The position numbers and the translations under genes were made by a program. From NCBI RefSeq assembly GCF_009914755.1, contig NC_060947.1: a stretch of DNA of 64,000 nucleotides; one strand, written 5' to 3'. The stretch comes from the human T2T-CHM13v2.0 reference genome, Homo sapiens. Of the stretch, positions 16,908 through 28,887 are shown piece after piece. Each line of letters starts with the position of its first letter. The stretch's first letter is position 1. Below the pieces are notes generated by a model. That model saw only the letters and a list, made by a program, of their open reading frames with translations. It had not been told where the DNA came from and searched no databases.

Positions 16908-17100
16908 AATCAAGCGTGATAGTTATAAGATTCCTTCCATGCCAGAAAACTGAGTCTCTCATGCTACTGAAGTTTGAGGCAAGTGTTGAAGCCCTTTATT
17001 GTATTCTAACATTATCCTATGTAAATATGGTACCTGCAGAATATACTCATTAAAATGCCTCTTGATGAGTATATACATATATATACGTATATACACATAT

Positions 17101-17136
17101 ATGACCCTAGAAATTTGAAATTAGCTCTGAACGAGT
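17101..17136. repeat. Left arm of perfect 36-bp inverted repeat
   Basis: atgaccctagaaatttgaaattagctctgaacgagt is the exact reverse complement of 18349-18384. Confidence 0.98.
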
Positions 17137-17140
17137 TCTC

Positions 17141-18350
17141 ATAGCACATATATACATATACATATGTGTCCATATATGCACATATACATATGTGTCCATA
17201 CATGCACATACATGTGCATATATGCACATATATGTGCATATGTGTACATGTGTGTACAGATGTGTACATGTGTGTGCAAATGTGTACATATGTGTACATA
17301 TGTGTACATGTACATATGTGTGCATATGTGTACATATGCGTACATATGTGTGCATATGCATATACGTACATATGTGTGCATATGCATGTACGTACATATG
17401 TGTGCATATGCATAGACGTACATGTGTGTGCATATGCATAGACGTACATATGTGTGCATATACGTATATACACATATGCACGTGTACATATGTGTATATA
17501 TACATATATGTGCATATACGTGCATGTACACATGTACATATATGTACACATGTATACATGTATGCGTACACGTGCATACATGTACGTGGACATATGTGTA
17601 TATATGCACGTGTGCATGTGTATGTACATATGTGCATATGTATATATGTACACGCATGTACATATATGTATATATGTACAAATGTGTACATATGTGTACA
17701 TATACATATGTGTATATATGTGTACATATACATATGCGTACATATGTGTTCGTATACATGTGTGCATATGTGTACGTATGTGTACATATGCATGTGTGCG
17801 TATGTGTACATATGCATATGTGTGCATATGTGTACATGTACGTACATGCGTTCATATACATATATGTACATATGTGTATGTATACATAGACATATATGTA
17901 CGTGTACATGTGTGTATACATATATACATATATGTACGTGTACACATGTGTGTATACATATATACATATATGTACGTGTACACATACACATGTACACGTA
18001 CATATATGTCTATGTATACATGTACATGTATGTACACATATGTATACATGTACGTGTACACATGTATACATGTACGTGTACACGTGTATGCATGTACGTG
18101 TACATATGTGTATATATGTACGTGTGCATGTGCATGTACATATGTGCACATGTATATATGTACATGTCTGTGCATATATGTATATATGTACATGTACATG
18201 TGTGTATATTATATATGTACATATGTGTATATGTATATATGTACATGTGTGTGCATATGTATATATGTACATAAGTGTGTATATGTATATGTATATACGT
18301 ATATACATATACATATATACATATATATACGTGTACATATATGTATATAC
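17141..18350. repeat. 1.2-kb alternating purine-pyrimidine (TA/CA/TG/CG) low-complexity tract
   Basis: Near-uninterrupted RY alternation (gtacatatgtgtgcatat...); source of the spurious Y/T/H/I/C/M/V ORFs. Confidence 0.97.
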
Positions 18351-18384
18351 TCGTTCAGAGCTAATTTCAAATTTCTAGGGTCAT
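18349..18384. repeat. Right arm of perfect 36-bp inverted repeat
   Basis: actcgttcagagctaatttcaaatttctagggtcat. Confidence 0.98.
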
Positions 18385-18838
18385 TTTTTTTTCAAATACT
18401 ACTTGTAGAGATTCTGAGAAATAACTTACTCTGAAAGAACTACTAAATTTTCCCAACAGTATTTTGAACAATTATGTGAAAATTAATTTGAAATACTCCA
18501 TATATATGTGAAACCTTTATGTTTCCAAGAATAATTATGAGGCTGAGGAGCACCGATAAGAGAAAAAGGGTGATCAACTCTACCAATGCTTAATCCTGGA
18601 TATGGAAGCTTCTACATGCCTAAACAAAAGAAAGAGATGTGAAATAACCACCAAATGGACAAGGTTTAATGACCCTGGATATTGGCATCATTCATGATTT
18701 GATTATACTTTAACAAAAGATATCAACTGTGATATCCTTGCATATCTCGAAAGAGTCCATGCTTTCAGACTTCCTGCCATTGTTTTTTATTATTAGAATT
18801 TTACTTGAGGGGAAGAAAAAAAAAGAGTAACATTGACA

Positions 18839-18878
18839 TGAACTGAACTCTGGTATTTAACACTTAAATTTTAGCAGT
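18839..18878 (+). repeat. 40-bp dispersed direct repeat, copy 1
   Basis: tgaactgaactctggtatttaacacttaaattttagcagt; 39/40 identical to 20390-20429. Confidence 0.95.
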
Positions 18879-18929
18879 CATATGAAATGAACGAAAGTCT
18901 GTAGGGCCACCAAAGGTGAGTAATGAATT

Positions 18930-19640
18930 TTCCCATGATGGGAAAAAGGAAGTCAGGAAAAACATTGGAGACACAATAAATGAACTAAGTTTTCAATGGT
19001 GTAGAAGATGTCTAAGGATGAAAGAGTGGGAAAAGCATTTCATGCAGGACAACAAATAAAAAACAGAGCTTACGGTGATGAATAAGGTATCATTCTCAAT
19101 CTCGATATGTTTGGCTGAGAGACCATAATAAGCAACATGAGGTAAAATATGCAAAGAATTATATGGCAGGTATAGAGAGAATACCATAAAGAGGGAAGAA
19201 GGAGGAACAAAGGCTCCCAGAGTGAGGATCAGGAAAAGGATAATGGAAGAGCAAACATCTGAGTTGGGTCCTAAGTGATGATAGAAGGCGAAGGTGCAGA
19301 GATGGCAAGGACACTATGGACCACCATGGTAAGAAGCATGCAGGATGTCAAGAGAAGGAAAGAGTTATTTAGAATAGATTAACTAAATGGTGTATTAAAA
19401 GAAAATAATAAGAGAAAATGTGAGAACTTTGAGTTGGAACCAGAGAGCTAATGGCAGAAAATCTGGATTTGTATTTTTAGGCAGTGGCTAAATGGGGACA
19501 TGAATCAATGGTGGTTTTTAACAAGGGCATGAGCACAACTGTGCTTTGTAAGATAAATCAGGTTACAGTGTGTAAACTGAATTGAGGGAAGAAAGACTGA
19601 AAGCAAGGATAAAAGAAGAGAGATATTAAAAAGTTCTATT
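18930..19640 (-). mobile_element. L2 fragment
   Basis: Purine-rich antisense L2 motifs (ggatttgtatttttaggcagtgg, tttgtaagataaatcaggttacagtgtg). Confidence 0.55.
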
Positions 19641-20287
19641 GGGAAATTTTACCTTAATTCAGAACATGATTCTTTAAGACAAATAGAATCTGTATTCAGG
19701 CAACTCAGAATTGCAAGAACTACTGGCACAAATATTGTGCCACAAGGAATTCTGGCTCTTGAAGCTACCCTCAACTCACTGCTTTGAGTTGTAGCCATTG
19801 TTCTAATACTTAGTTCATTCAGTTGTTTACTGTTTGCATTAATTTCCTTTATTGACTATACTGATTCTTCAGTAAACTTTGTAAAATGCCTAACATTGTT
19901 GACATATGGAAGCCAAAATGGTTTCTTTCTCTGTGTGTAACCCTCCAGCTATCTTTCCACCTGTCTCAAATGTGAGAACAACTTTCAAATATTCTCCGTT
20001 GGCCTGAGAGGGTCACTATCAAGCTTCTTGGCTAGAGATACAAAAAGCTCTGTGATCTGGCCCTTGATGGATTCCCTCGTTTCAGTTTTCACCACTTTCT
20101 GTCTCATGGTTTATGTAACAGCAACACCAAAGCAGATGTTCTCTCTCACAATAAGCTGTTTCTCACCTGGCCCACTGCTCTAATTGTTGTCTTGGCCTGA
20201 TGGGTTCCACCGTACAACACCCCAATCTTCCTGCACCTGGCTAACTTGGATTCATCTTGGAGCACTTCCTCTGTAAAATCTTGCCAT

Positions 20288-20429
20288 CAGATTTCATGTA
20301 TTGATATGAACCAGAGTTCAGTTCAGATTTCAGATTTCATGTATTGATAAATACCAGAGTTCAATTCATACAAAAGAGCAGCATTTGTGTGAAGTGAACT
20401 CTGGTATTTAACACTTAAATTTTAGCAGT
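20288..20429. repeat. Compound repeat: ~43-bp tandem duplication, inverted copies and direct copy 2 of the 40-mer
   Basis: cagatttcatgtattgata..ccagagttca twice (20288, 20331); arms 20348-20374 and 20384-20410 are complementary. Confidence 0.9.
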
Positions 20430-20697
20430 TATCTGTAGTCTGGGAGAGACTGTTCATAATGCCATGAATTAAGCAGACTACGAGCTTGGCTCTGCCTTAG
20501 ATTAGTAGGAAAGATAAATTGAGTAACAACCGCTGAATTTTTATCTGTTGCCTTCACCTCCGAGCCAATGAGTCAATCCTGCCAATAATCTGTAGTTCTC
20601 TCATGAGCAAAGCTTGCTTCATGTCACCTTATACCTTAGAGGACAGTCTTAACCTTCTTATTAAGGTTTCAGCAATAAGAGTAGTATTATTTGTTTA

Positions 20698-20699
<2 letters not shown>

Positions 20700-20741
<42 letters not shown>
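20700..20741. repeat. (GT)n microsatellite
   Basis: About 21 perfect units. Confidence 0.98.
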
Positions 20742-20743
<2 letters not shown>

Positions 20744-21214
20744 TTTAGGCAATTGGGTTGATTAAACCATTCCAACCTGTGTACTTACACTCCATCGCTG
20801 TGACACGCATTTTTCACCTATTGCTAAACATTTTTGTCCTCATTTGTCTTTCCAAACCTTGGCTCCCAATTTGGTGTCTGTAATCACTCACTAAATATGG
20901 TCAGGAGTCTATGTTAGTTTAACATAAACAATTTAACAGCAGAAAATTTGGCAAACACAATATTATGCAATAAATGTCTGTATGCCTACTGAGTACTGAG
21001 TATTTCATAGGTGTGCAAATATTTGCATGGAATTACATTTACACAAATCCATTCTTATAACAAAACATTTTGTATTTTACTTACAATTTTATGAACATTT
21101 ATCCCAGTCTTATAAATACTTGCAACTTACCAGACTACATATATTGGTTTACCATTTCACTCCCCAAGTGTCATCAAAACATTCACTTAAGAAAATCCAG
21201 AATGGCAGAAAACC

Positions 21215-21380
21215 CTTAGAAATTTAGTCCAAACATTAAATTTTATATAGAGAGAAATTTAGGTGCAGATAAATGAAGTGCCTTGCCGAAAGTTACACAG
21301 CTAGTTAGTGTCAGGTACCAAGTGCAGTGTATCAAAACACACATCTCTCGACTCCCAGTCGAGTAGCCTCTCCACTGTGC
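21215..21380 (-). mobile_element. MIR
   Basis: MIR core tgaagtgccttgccgaaagttacacagctagttagtg. Confidence 0.7.
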
Positions 21381-21543
21381 TCTACTCATTACTGCCACAA
21401 ATCAAGCACTGTGCTACCCAAATGGGTCTGAAACCCCTTTCCATGAAATTAGGCAGCAAGTCTTGTTACTGGAAGAAATAATCCTCCAGTGTCACCTCCT
21501 CTGGGTAGAATTCACCAGCCCTCACTGTGGTAGTCCCTTATAA

Positions 21544-21869
<326 letters not shown>

Positions 21870-21956
21870 ATAATTTTCTTTCTTTATGCCTTACGCTTTT
21901 CTAGTCTAGGAACCCATCATTGCCAGAGACCATGTTTCATGCATTTTATTATAAAC

Positions 21957-22411
21957 AGTATTAAATTCCCCTAGATGCTGTAACAAATTACCACAAACCT
22001 GGTGGCTGAAGAGGACAGAATTTTATTATAACATCATTCTGGAGGCCAGAAGCCCATTTCACTGAGACAAAGTCAAGATGTTGGCCAGGCCCTGCTCCCT
22101 CCAGAGGTTCTAATGGAGAAGCTCTTTTTTTTTGCCTCTTTCAGTGTCTGGTGGCTGCAAGCATTACTTGGCGTGTAGCTGAATCACTCCGATCTCTGCC
22201 TCTATGGTCATATTATATTATCGTTTTCTGTCTGTGTCTAGTTTCCCTCCACCTCTCACTCACAAGGAAACCTGTGATTGCATTTAGGATCCCATCTCAA
22301 GATATTCAGTCACATGTATAAAATCTTTTTTTCATATAAGATGACAGATACAAGTTCCAGGGATCATGATATGGATATATTTGGATGGGGGTCATTATGT
22401 AGTCTACCACA
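21957..22411 (-). mobile_element. MLT1D-type MaLR solo LTR
   Basis: gctgtaacaaattaccacaaacctggtggct...ttctggaggccagaag...gtctaccaca. Confidence 0.85.
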
Positions 22412-22689
22412 ACTCTTATTTCATAGAAGAGAATATGGATTATAGCACAAAGATTGTGTATTAATATAATTATTTGACTATTTAGCATATTTTTCAACCA
22501 AAGTTTGCAGGGTCAAACTTATCCATTAGGTCTTGCCAGTCTCAGAAACTACGGGCACTCAAGATGAAAAGCAGTAAAAGATTCAGGTATCAACTACCTA
22601 GATGATGAATTGATTTTGCATCTCACACACAATTAACGTTGGTTATGATAACTGTCTGGAATAATGAACAGTTATTTTCTGCTGATTAA

Positions 22690-23120
22690 AAAAATATTGC
22701 TTGCATATTGTAGAATATTAAGGGGGAAAGAGAAAATATAAACCAAAAAATATTATCTAGAATTCCTTCACCCATAGATAATCACTGTGAACATTATGTT
22801 TATTTCTAGTACATTTTATATGTATACATATATATGCATACTTAAATAAATGTTTTGCATTTGATATATGCTATTATAAGTCATAATATTTTATATACAT
22901 GTATATATACATTTCATTTTTCTTAGATGATTTAAATAATATTATAGGGAACACTGTTGGAACCTATATTTTCACTAGGCATTATATCATTAGCATTTTC
23001 CCATGTCATTAAAAACTCTTTGTAAACATCATTTTAATAGCTGCATAATGGTCCATCATATGGGTGTATCATCATTTACTTTACCACTCCCTTGATTTTA
23101 TGTAGTTGGGCTGATTGTGA
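22690..23120 (-). mobile_element. L1ME4-like 3' UTR fragment
   Basis: catcattttaatagctgcataatggtccatcatatgggtgtatcat. Confidence 0.6.
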
Positions 23121-23739
23121 ATGACTTTTCACAGTACTGAATACAATGAACACAATGAAAGACACCTATCCAGGTTAATTCAATATTGATGGAATGTGGT
23201 AACTTTATTTTCAAAGACTGGGAAATAAGTGCTTTCATAGAGCCACATTTAACAGAGAGTATTTAAATATTGATGTTTGCACTATGTGTTAAGGTGGCTT
23301 TGCCCTCCTATCTCATAGTTCACTTACCTATGATCTGTGCTCTGGAACACGTTTGTCAAGAGCCAGAGAACATAGGATGGGAAAAGATACATGGCAAGTG
23401 AGGAATCACTTAGAGAAAGACAACCTGAAATACTTAACTGGAGGATAAAGCCCAATCCAGTGCCTGGTATGAGCTAGACAGGTCATGAGAAACCCAGAAG
23501 GCAAGTGTGAGTTGCCACTGAGTGGCTCAGTTATCTCAATCAGGCCCAAGAAAAATACAGAAATCTTGAAAGCTGGAGTGACAGTAGGAAGAATAATTGA
23601 GGTTAAGGTTTTTATATTTAAAGCATCAGAATAATTCTGTCAGGCAGGGAGATATGGTTTGTGTTTTCTTTTATACACCTTGACTTCTTTTCCCCTGTAC
23701 CCTCCCCTCCCAGGTCTCAAAGGAATTGGCCAGTATTCC

Positions 23740-23940
23740 TCGTAACTCAATGTTTAAGAGCCTATTATGTGATAGAACACACACAATTGATTTCATATAT
23801 ATCATCTCTCTTCATCCTTACATCAACCTTGACATAGTATTACTATCCCTATATTACAGATAAAAGCTCAGAAAGGTTAAGCACGCTCCCAAGATCACAC
23901 AGTCAAAATTTAAATTAAATCCCAGTGTCCTGACTCCCAA
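23740..23940 (-). mobile_element. MIR
   Basis: ccctatattacagataaaagctcagaaaggttaagcacgctcccaagatcacacag. Confidence 0.75.
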
Positions 23941-24929
23941 AGTGATGTGGTTAATTTCTATCCTCTACTTTTTTGCTTGCCTAGGTTACAGGTTTCCTCT
24001 CAAGTTATTATAGTTCTATGATTTTAGTTGGTACCTAAACCAAACACTTCATAAAGGTGTGTCATCAGGTACAAAGAGCTGGTACTTAATTAAACAATAC
24101 ACGATCTGCCTACTGGAAAGACAACTCAAAGCTCATGACTCCTATAAAGTAGTTTTGTCATGGGCCCTCAGGGTTCATTTGTTTCCAATCTCCTCAGCAC
24201 CTACTTAGGATCTTTAAATACAGAGGACTAACAGAGTGAGTGTTTTTGCTAGCAGTACTCAGGGGTTATTTGAAAGGAAAATGAAATGTAAGAAATAAAA
24301 TTGGAAATAAAGATATCTTTAAATAATATAAATCAATACTTGAAATATTGGGTAGGAATTCTGAATTTCAGGGCATTAGCAAACACAGAAGCTCATATAA
24401 AGCCAGGAAAGATGACTTTTCTCTAAATTTTAAATCATCTTGATGTTCTTCACAACCATTAACCACCAACACATAACATCATATTTAATACCAAACACGA
24501 TGACACTGATTTTTTATTTTATTAGATTATGTATGATTAAAAGGAATTTGAATTAATTTCCTTTGGCCATGAACCAGTTTTGCCCAGAAACCCCAAAACT
24601 TAGCTAAGTTTTTATATTTTCTCTATACTTGAGTTTTTTTCCCACAATATTTATTTTATACAGATATAATTTTAGTTGCTTTCTATATGATATTCCATTA
24701 TAGTTTAACAAAGACTTTTTAAATATTTCCTAGTTAAATTTGTAGTCATTAAAATCTATGGTCAAGTTGACACTGCTTATAGTACCTCTATGACCCATTT
24801 ATGTTATTTGATTAGATTATGGTGTTGGGAATGTAAAATGTCAGATTTTTAAAAGCTCATCAGTATTCCTCCAATGCATATAGCCTTTTGCTTTTAGGAA
24901 CCTTCTTCTAACTACACCAAAAATATGGT

Positions 24930-25125
24930 TGATATTGTCTTGAACATGTTCATTGACGGGGAACTCATTAAAACTTGAGATGGTCTATTCCATCTTTGGG
25001 CACTTGTAATAGAGAAGATCTTCTTTTCTTTATTTTGACCAAAATTCATTCCCCCAAGGCTACCTTTCAGTGGTACTAGTTTTATCACATGGGGCTACAG
25101 AGAAAAGTCAAATTCCTCTTTCAAT
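24930..25125 (-). mobile_element. L3/CR1 fragment
   Basis: cttgaacatgttcattgacggggaactcatt...ctattccatctttgggcac, antisense CR1 3' motif. Confidence 0.55.
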
Positions 25126-25189
25126 GCTTTTAACATACTGTAATTGTAATATTACAACACTGTGGTACTAATAGAGTAATTGATAATGA

Positions 25190-25410
25190 TAACTTATCAT
25201 TAGATAGTGCTTATTATAGACCAGGAACTATTCTAAGTGTTTTACATATATTAACATAGCAATACTCACAACAAACCCGTATGTTAGATTCTATTTTTCC
25301 CCTGATTTTATAGAGAAGTTCTGACATACAGAGAAAATAAGTTACATGCCAAAGGTCAAACAATTAGTGAGCAGTGAAGCCAGCATTTAAACTCAGGCTG
25401 TTGGGCTGAT
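25190..25410 (-). mobile_element. MIR
   Basis: ccaggaactattctaagtgttttacatatattaac...gccaaaggtcaaacaattagtgagcagtgaagccagcatttaaactcagg. Confidence 0.75.
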
Positions 25411-26244
25411 GCCAGTGGACCATATATATGGAAACTGACTTATGCTATACTAAGTTATGTGTGGTGTGTTGTACATCGTCATGCATTCTTAATAAAGATG
25501 TTAGACCCAAAATCAACATTAATAAACAAAAGAAAATATAGGTAAGTATATATTTCTGATCTACCTCCACCAGCACAATTCTTAGAATCTTGATTAGATC
25601 CTGGGAGGAGAGATTAAAATATCCATCTCTGGATAAATGACTTATAGGTAGTGGCATGTGGATATCTACCACACTGAAGTCCACCAGTCAATGTATTGCT
25701 CTGCATTTCCACATGTACATTTAGTGTCTTGTTCTTAAATATGCAGACAGCAAAGAGACAACAGACATTTGAGAAAATTCTCCAACAGAAAGATGGAGAT
25801 TAAATAATCATAAGAAAATACAGAAATAAGAAACACAATTTATTAATGATCTCATTAGATTCTCAGGTAAAGAAGACAAAATATTAATTTCCTCAAGTAC
25901 AACAGTATACTACTAAAAAAGGAGCATTCTAGAATTATGAAAGTGGTCTTAGAAAATAAAATGACTCAAAATATTTAAAAAAAATCTCAGTAGAAACTTT
26001 CATCTTGCAGTACCCTTCTTATGTCCCTCAATACTGCAGCCACATTGATCTTTTATACTTCAAGTGAATTCCTGCCCTTGGACTTTTGTAATCTTTATTT
26101 GCTGCCCTGTAATAACTTTTCTCTGCTCTTGAAATAGTTGGCTTCTTTTTGTAATTTAACTCCCAGGGTAAAAACTATGTCCTTAGGCTTCTCCAGTCTG
26201 TTTATTTATAATTGTATCTTTTTATCCTCATCACTCCGTTTTTA

Positions 26245-26783
26245 AAAAAATTCAGCCTGTATTTTAGATACAGGGTTACATACGTAGGTTTGTTAAATGG
26301 GAATATTGCATGATGCCAACATTTGGGGTATGGATCTTGTCACCTAGGTAGTAAGTATAATGCCTGATAGGTAATTTTTCACCCCCTCCACTGCAGTAGT
26401 CTGCAAGATCTAATTATTCCCATATTTATGTCCATGTAGGATTAGGGTTTAGCTCCCACTTATAAGTTAGAACATACAGTGTTTGTTAGGTTTCCTGTTT
26501 CTGCATTAATTGGCTTAGGCTTATGGCCTCCAATTCCATTCATGTTGCCACAAATAACATGACTTCATGACTTCATTCTTTTTTATGACTGTGTGCTGTT
26601 CCATGGTGTATATGATCCACATTTTCTTTATGCAATCTTCCATTGATGGGCACCTGAGTTGATTCCATGTCTTTGCCATTGTGAATAAGACAACGATGAA
26701 CACATGTGTGTATATTTTTAGTAGAATGATTTATTTGCCTTTTGGCATATACCCAGTAAAGGGATTGCTGGGTCAAATGATAA
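26245..26783 (-). mobile_element. L1PA16/L1PB-like 3' end (left part of the ERV host)
   Basis: L1 3' UTR up to ...gggattgctgggtcaaatg, resuming at 35377. Confidence 0.9.
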
Positions 26784-27242
26784 TGTGAAATGAAAATAAA
26801 TCTTGGGACCTCAAAATCACTAAGCTAAAGGGAAAAGTGAACCTGGGAACTGCTTAGGGCAAACCTGCCTCCCATTCTACTAAGTCACCCCTCTGCTCAC
26901 TGAGATAAATGCATATCTGATTGCCTCTTTTGGAAAGGCTAATCAGAATCTCAAAAGAATGCAACCCTTTGTCTCTCATGTACCTATGACCTGGAAACCC
27001 CCTCCCGACTTCGAGTTGCCCCACCTTTCCAGACCAAACCAACGTTCATCTTACATATATTGATTGGTGTCTCATGTCTTCCTAAAATGTATAAAACCAA
27101 GCTGTGCCTTAACCACCTGGAGCACATGTCATCAGGACTTCCTGACACTGTGTCACAGGCATGTTCTTAACCTTGGCAAAAAAAAAAAAAAAAAAAACTT
27201 TCTAAATTGACTGGGACTTGTCTCAGATATATGGGGTTCGCA
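26784..27242 (+). mobile_element. MER4A/MER4A1 5' LTR
   Basis: TG...CA ends; homologous to 34930-35376; preceded by ATAA target-site copy. Confidence 0.9.
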
Positions 27243-27245
27243 TTT

Positions 27246-27263
27246 TGGTAACCACAAAGCGAC
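27246..27263 (+). promoter_or_regulatory. Retroviral primer-binding site, tRNA-Arg-like
   Basis: tggtaaccacaaagcgac starts 3 nt after the LTR; resembles the complement of a tRNA-Arg(TCG) 3' end (TGGTAACCACGAAGGGA, recalled). Confidence 0.65.
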
Positions 27264-28842
27264 TTTGCATGGAGGTGCCCCTGACCTTTGACAAATCGCC
27301 TATTAGTGCCTGCTACCAGCTTGAGCTATCTTTATGGTTCATACCAATAGGACAATTTGCTGAGGCCTGGAAGCACTCACTCCAGAGAATCCCTGATCTC
27401 CCCAGATCTGGTAGAGATCTAAAGTTTATTTTGCTGTACAACTCCTTTTTTGGAGTTTAACTTGCTTCCAAGAAGGAAGACAAGTTTTCCTCCTTCTCTG
27501 ATGATGAAAGGCAGATAACTCCTTTCTGGAGTCTGAGCTAGCTTCCAACCAGGAAGACAAATTTGAGTTTTTTCCTGCTTCTAAGGTGGTAGAGAGCAGT
27601 CTTAAGCCTGAGACCTATTCCTAGGTAAGTAGCTGAATTGGGGTTTTGTCTTAGCCAAAGTTAAGATTAACAACCAGCTGGTCTTAATTTCTCCTTACCA
27701 TTAGAGCACTCAGTGACCATATCATATTGCTGGGGTTTTTGTTTGTTCGTTCCAGTCTTTCTCCTGTCAGATTTGACCAACACTATCTGACCCTACCTGA
27801 CGTGGTCAAATCCAAATGAGAATTCCAAATTATGAGTAACAAGGCCTCTCTGCATTGGCTAAAATTTCTTGCATCTGCAAAAGTGGTGGGTGAAACATGT
27901 GCTTGGTCTGTGTGGTTGCTTCCTGTCTTAAAGAAACAATTGTTCTTTCACGTACTTTTCTTCTATCCTATACCTCCTTCCCCCTTCGCCATCTTCAGTA
28001 CTAAGAAAAATTTAGAGAAGGCTTCTAATGACTCAAACCCCTTAAGGAACTCAGAACAAAGGCACTGCTCACTCCTTTTGGGGGTGTCGTGTTTTCTTTG
28101 TGAAGTTTCAAGAGTCATGGGCACATTCTTCATAGGTCTAAAGCTATGCTTTCTTGTATTGCATTACCTGACCTCTTCGGCTTTGGGGATATCAGAGATT
28201 ACCTTGTACTGTGAGAGGATTTGACCTTGGCATGTGTAATGGTAGATGAGAGCTTCAAAGTTAGGGGTGGCTGAGGACAGTTTACAGGAAGTGGTCTTGA
28301 GTTTTGGCTGCTTTTTTTTTTTTTTCTCTCCTAGGAACTCGTTGCTTAAGGATCCTACTTCTAGTCCCAAGATGCTTCCAAAAGGGTCTTCTCCATTGCT
28401 TTTTCTCCCAAAATTAAACTCAGTTTGGCTTATCTGTGCACATTTGTGTGAGGAACTGAACTGTTGTTTTCATAGATAAATGAGAGACTGAGCTTCCTCA
28501 GCTCCAAAGAGAAAGGGAATTTTGCTCCTTCCAGTTGAGTGGCACCCCGTGTGACCAGGGGACTCATGGGAGTCTCTGGGAGGTTGACCCCCTGTGATGT
28601 GTAGCAGCCCTACAGGGAACCCCCAACAAAATTAGTTTTAGAAAGGTTTGTCCAGAAGGAACACACGGGAGCTGGTCACTCTGTGCTTTGAGCCCTCCTA
28701 GAGGTGCTTAGACATCCGGACAAGGAAACTGAGACAGGTAAGAAGGTGCTCAGTGGTGACACTATGAAGTCCCAACCACAACCAGCACACATTACTACCC
28801 ACTCCACAAAAACCCTAGGCCACAGTTCAGTTCCTCCTTTTC

Positions 28843-28845
<3 letters not shown>

Positions 28846-28884
<39 letters not shown>
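28846..28884 (+). repeat. A39 homopolymer
   Basis: 39 consecutive A. Confidence 0.97.

Positions 28885-28887
<3 letters not shown>

Noticed and set aside
17101-18384. Inverted repeat read as TIRs of a new DNA transposon
   Set aside because: No target-site duplication outside the arms, the interior is simple sequence, and perfect arms are not expected given that primate DNA transposons are long extinct.
17012-18434. Many long ORFs (up to 399 aa) on both strands
   Set aside because: RY alternation cannot form stop codons; the Y/T/H/I/C/M/V peptides are artefacts.
27770-27812. Inverted repeat gatttgacca...tggtcaaatc
   Set aside because: Lies in the MER4 internal leader and, from recall, belongs to the family consensus rather than this locus.
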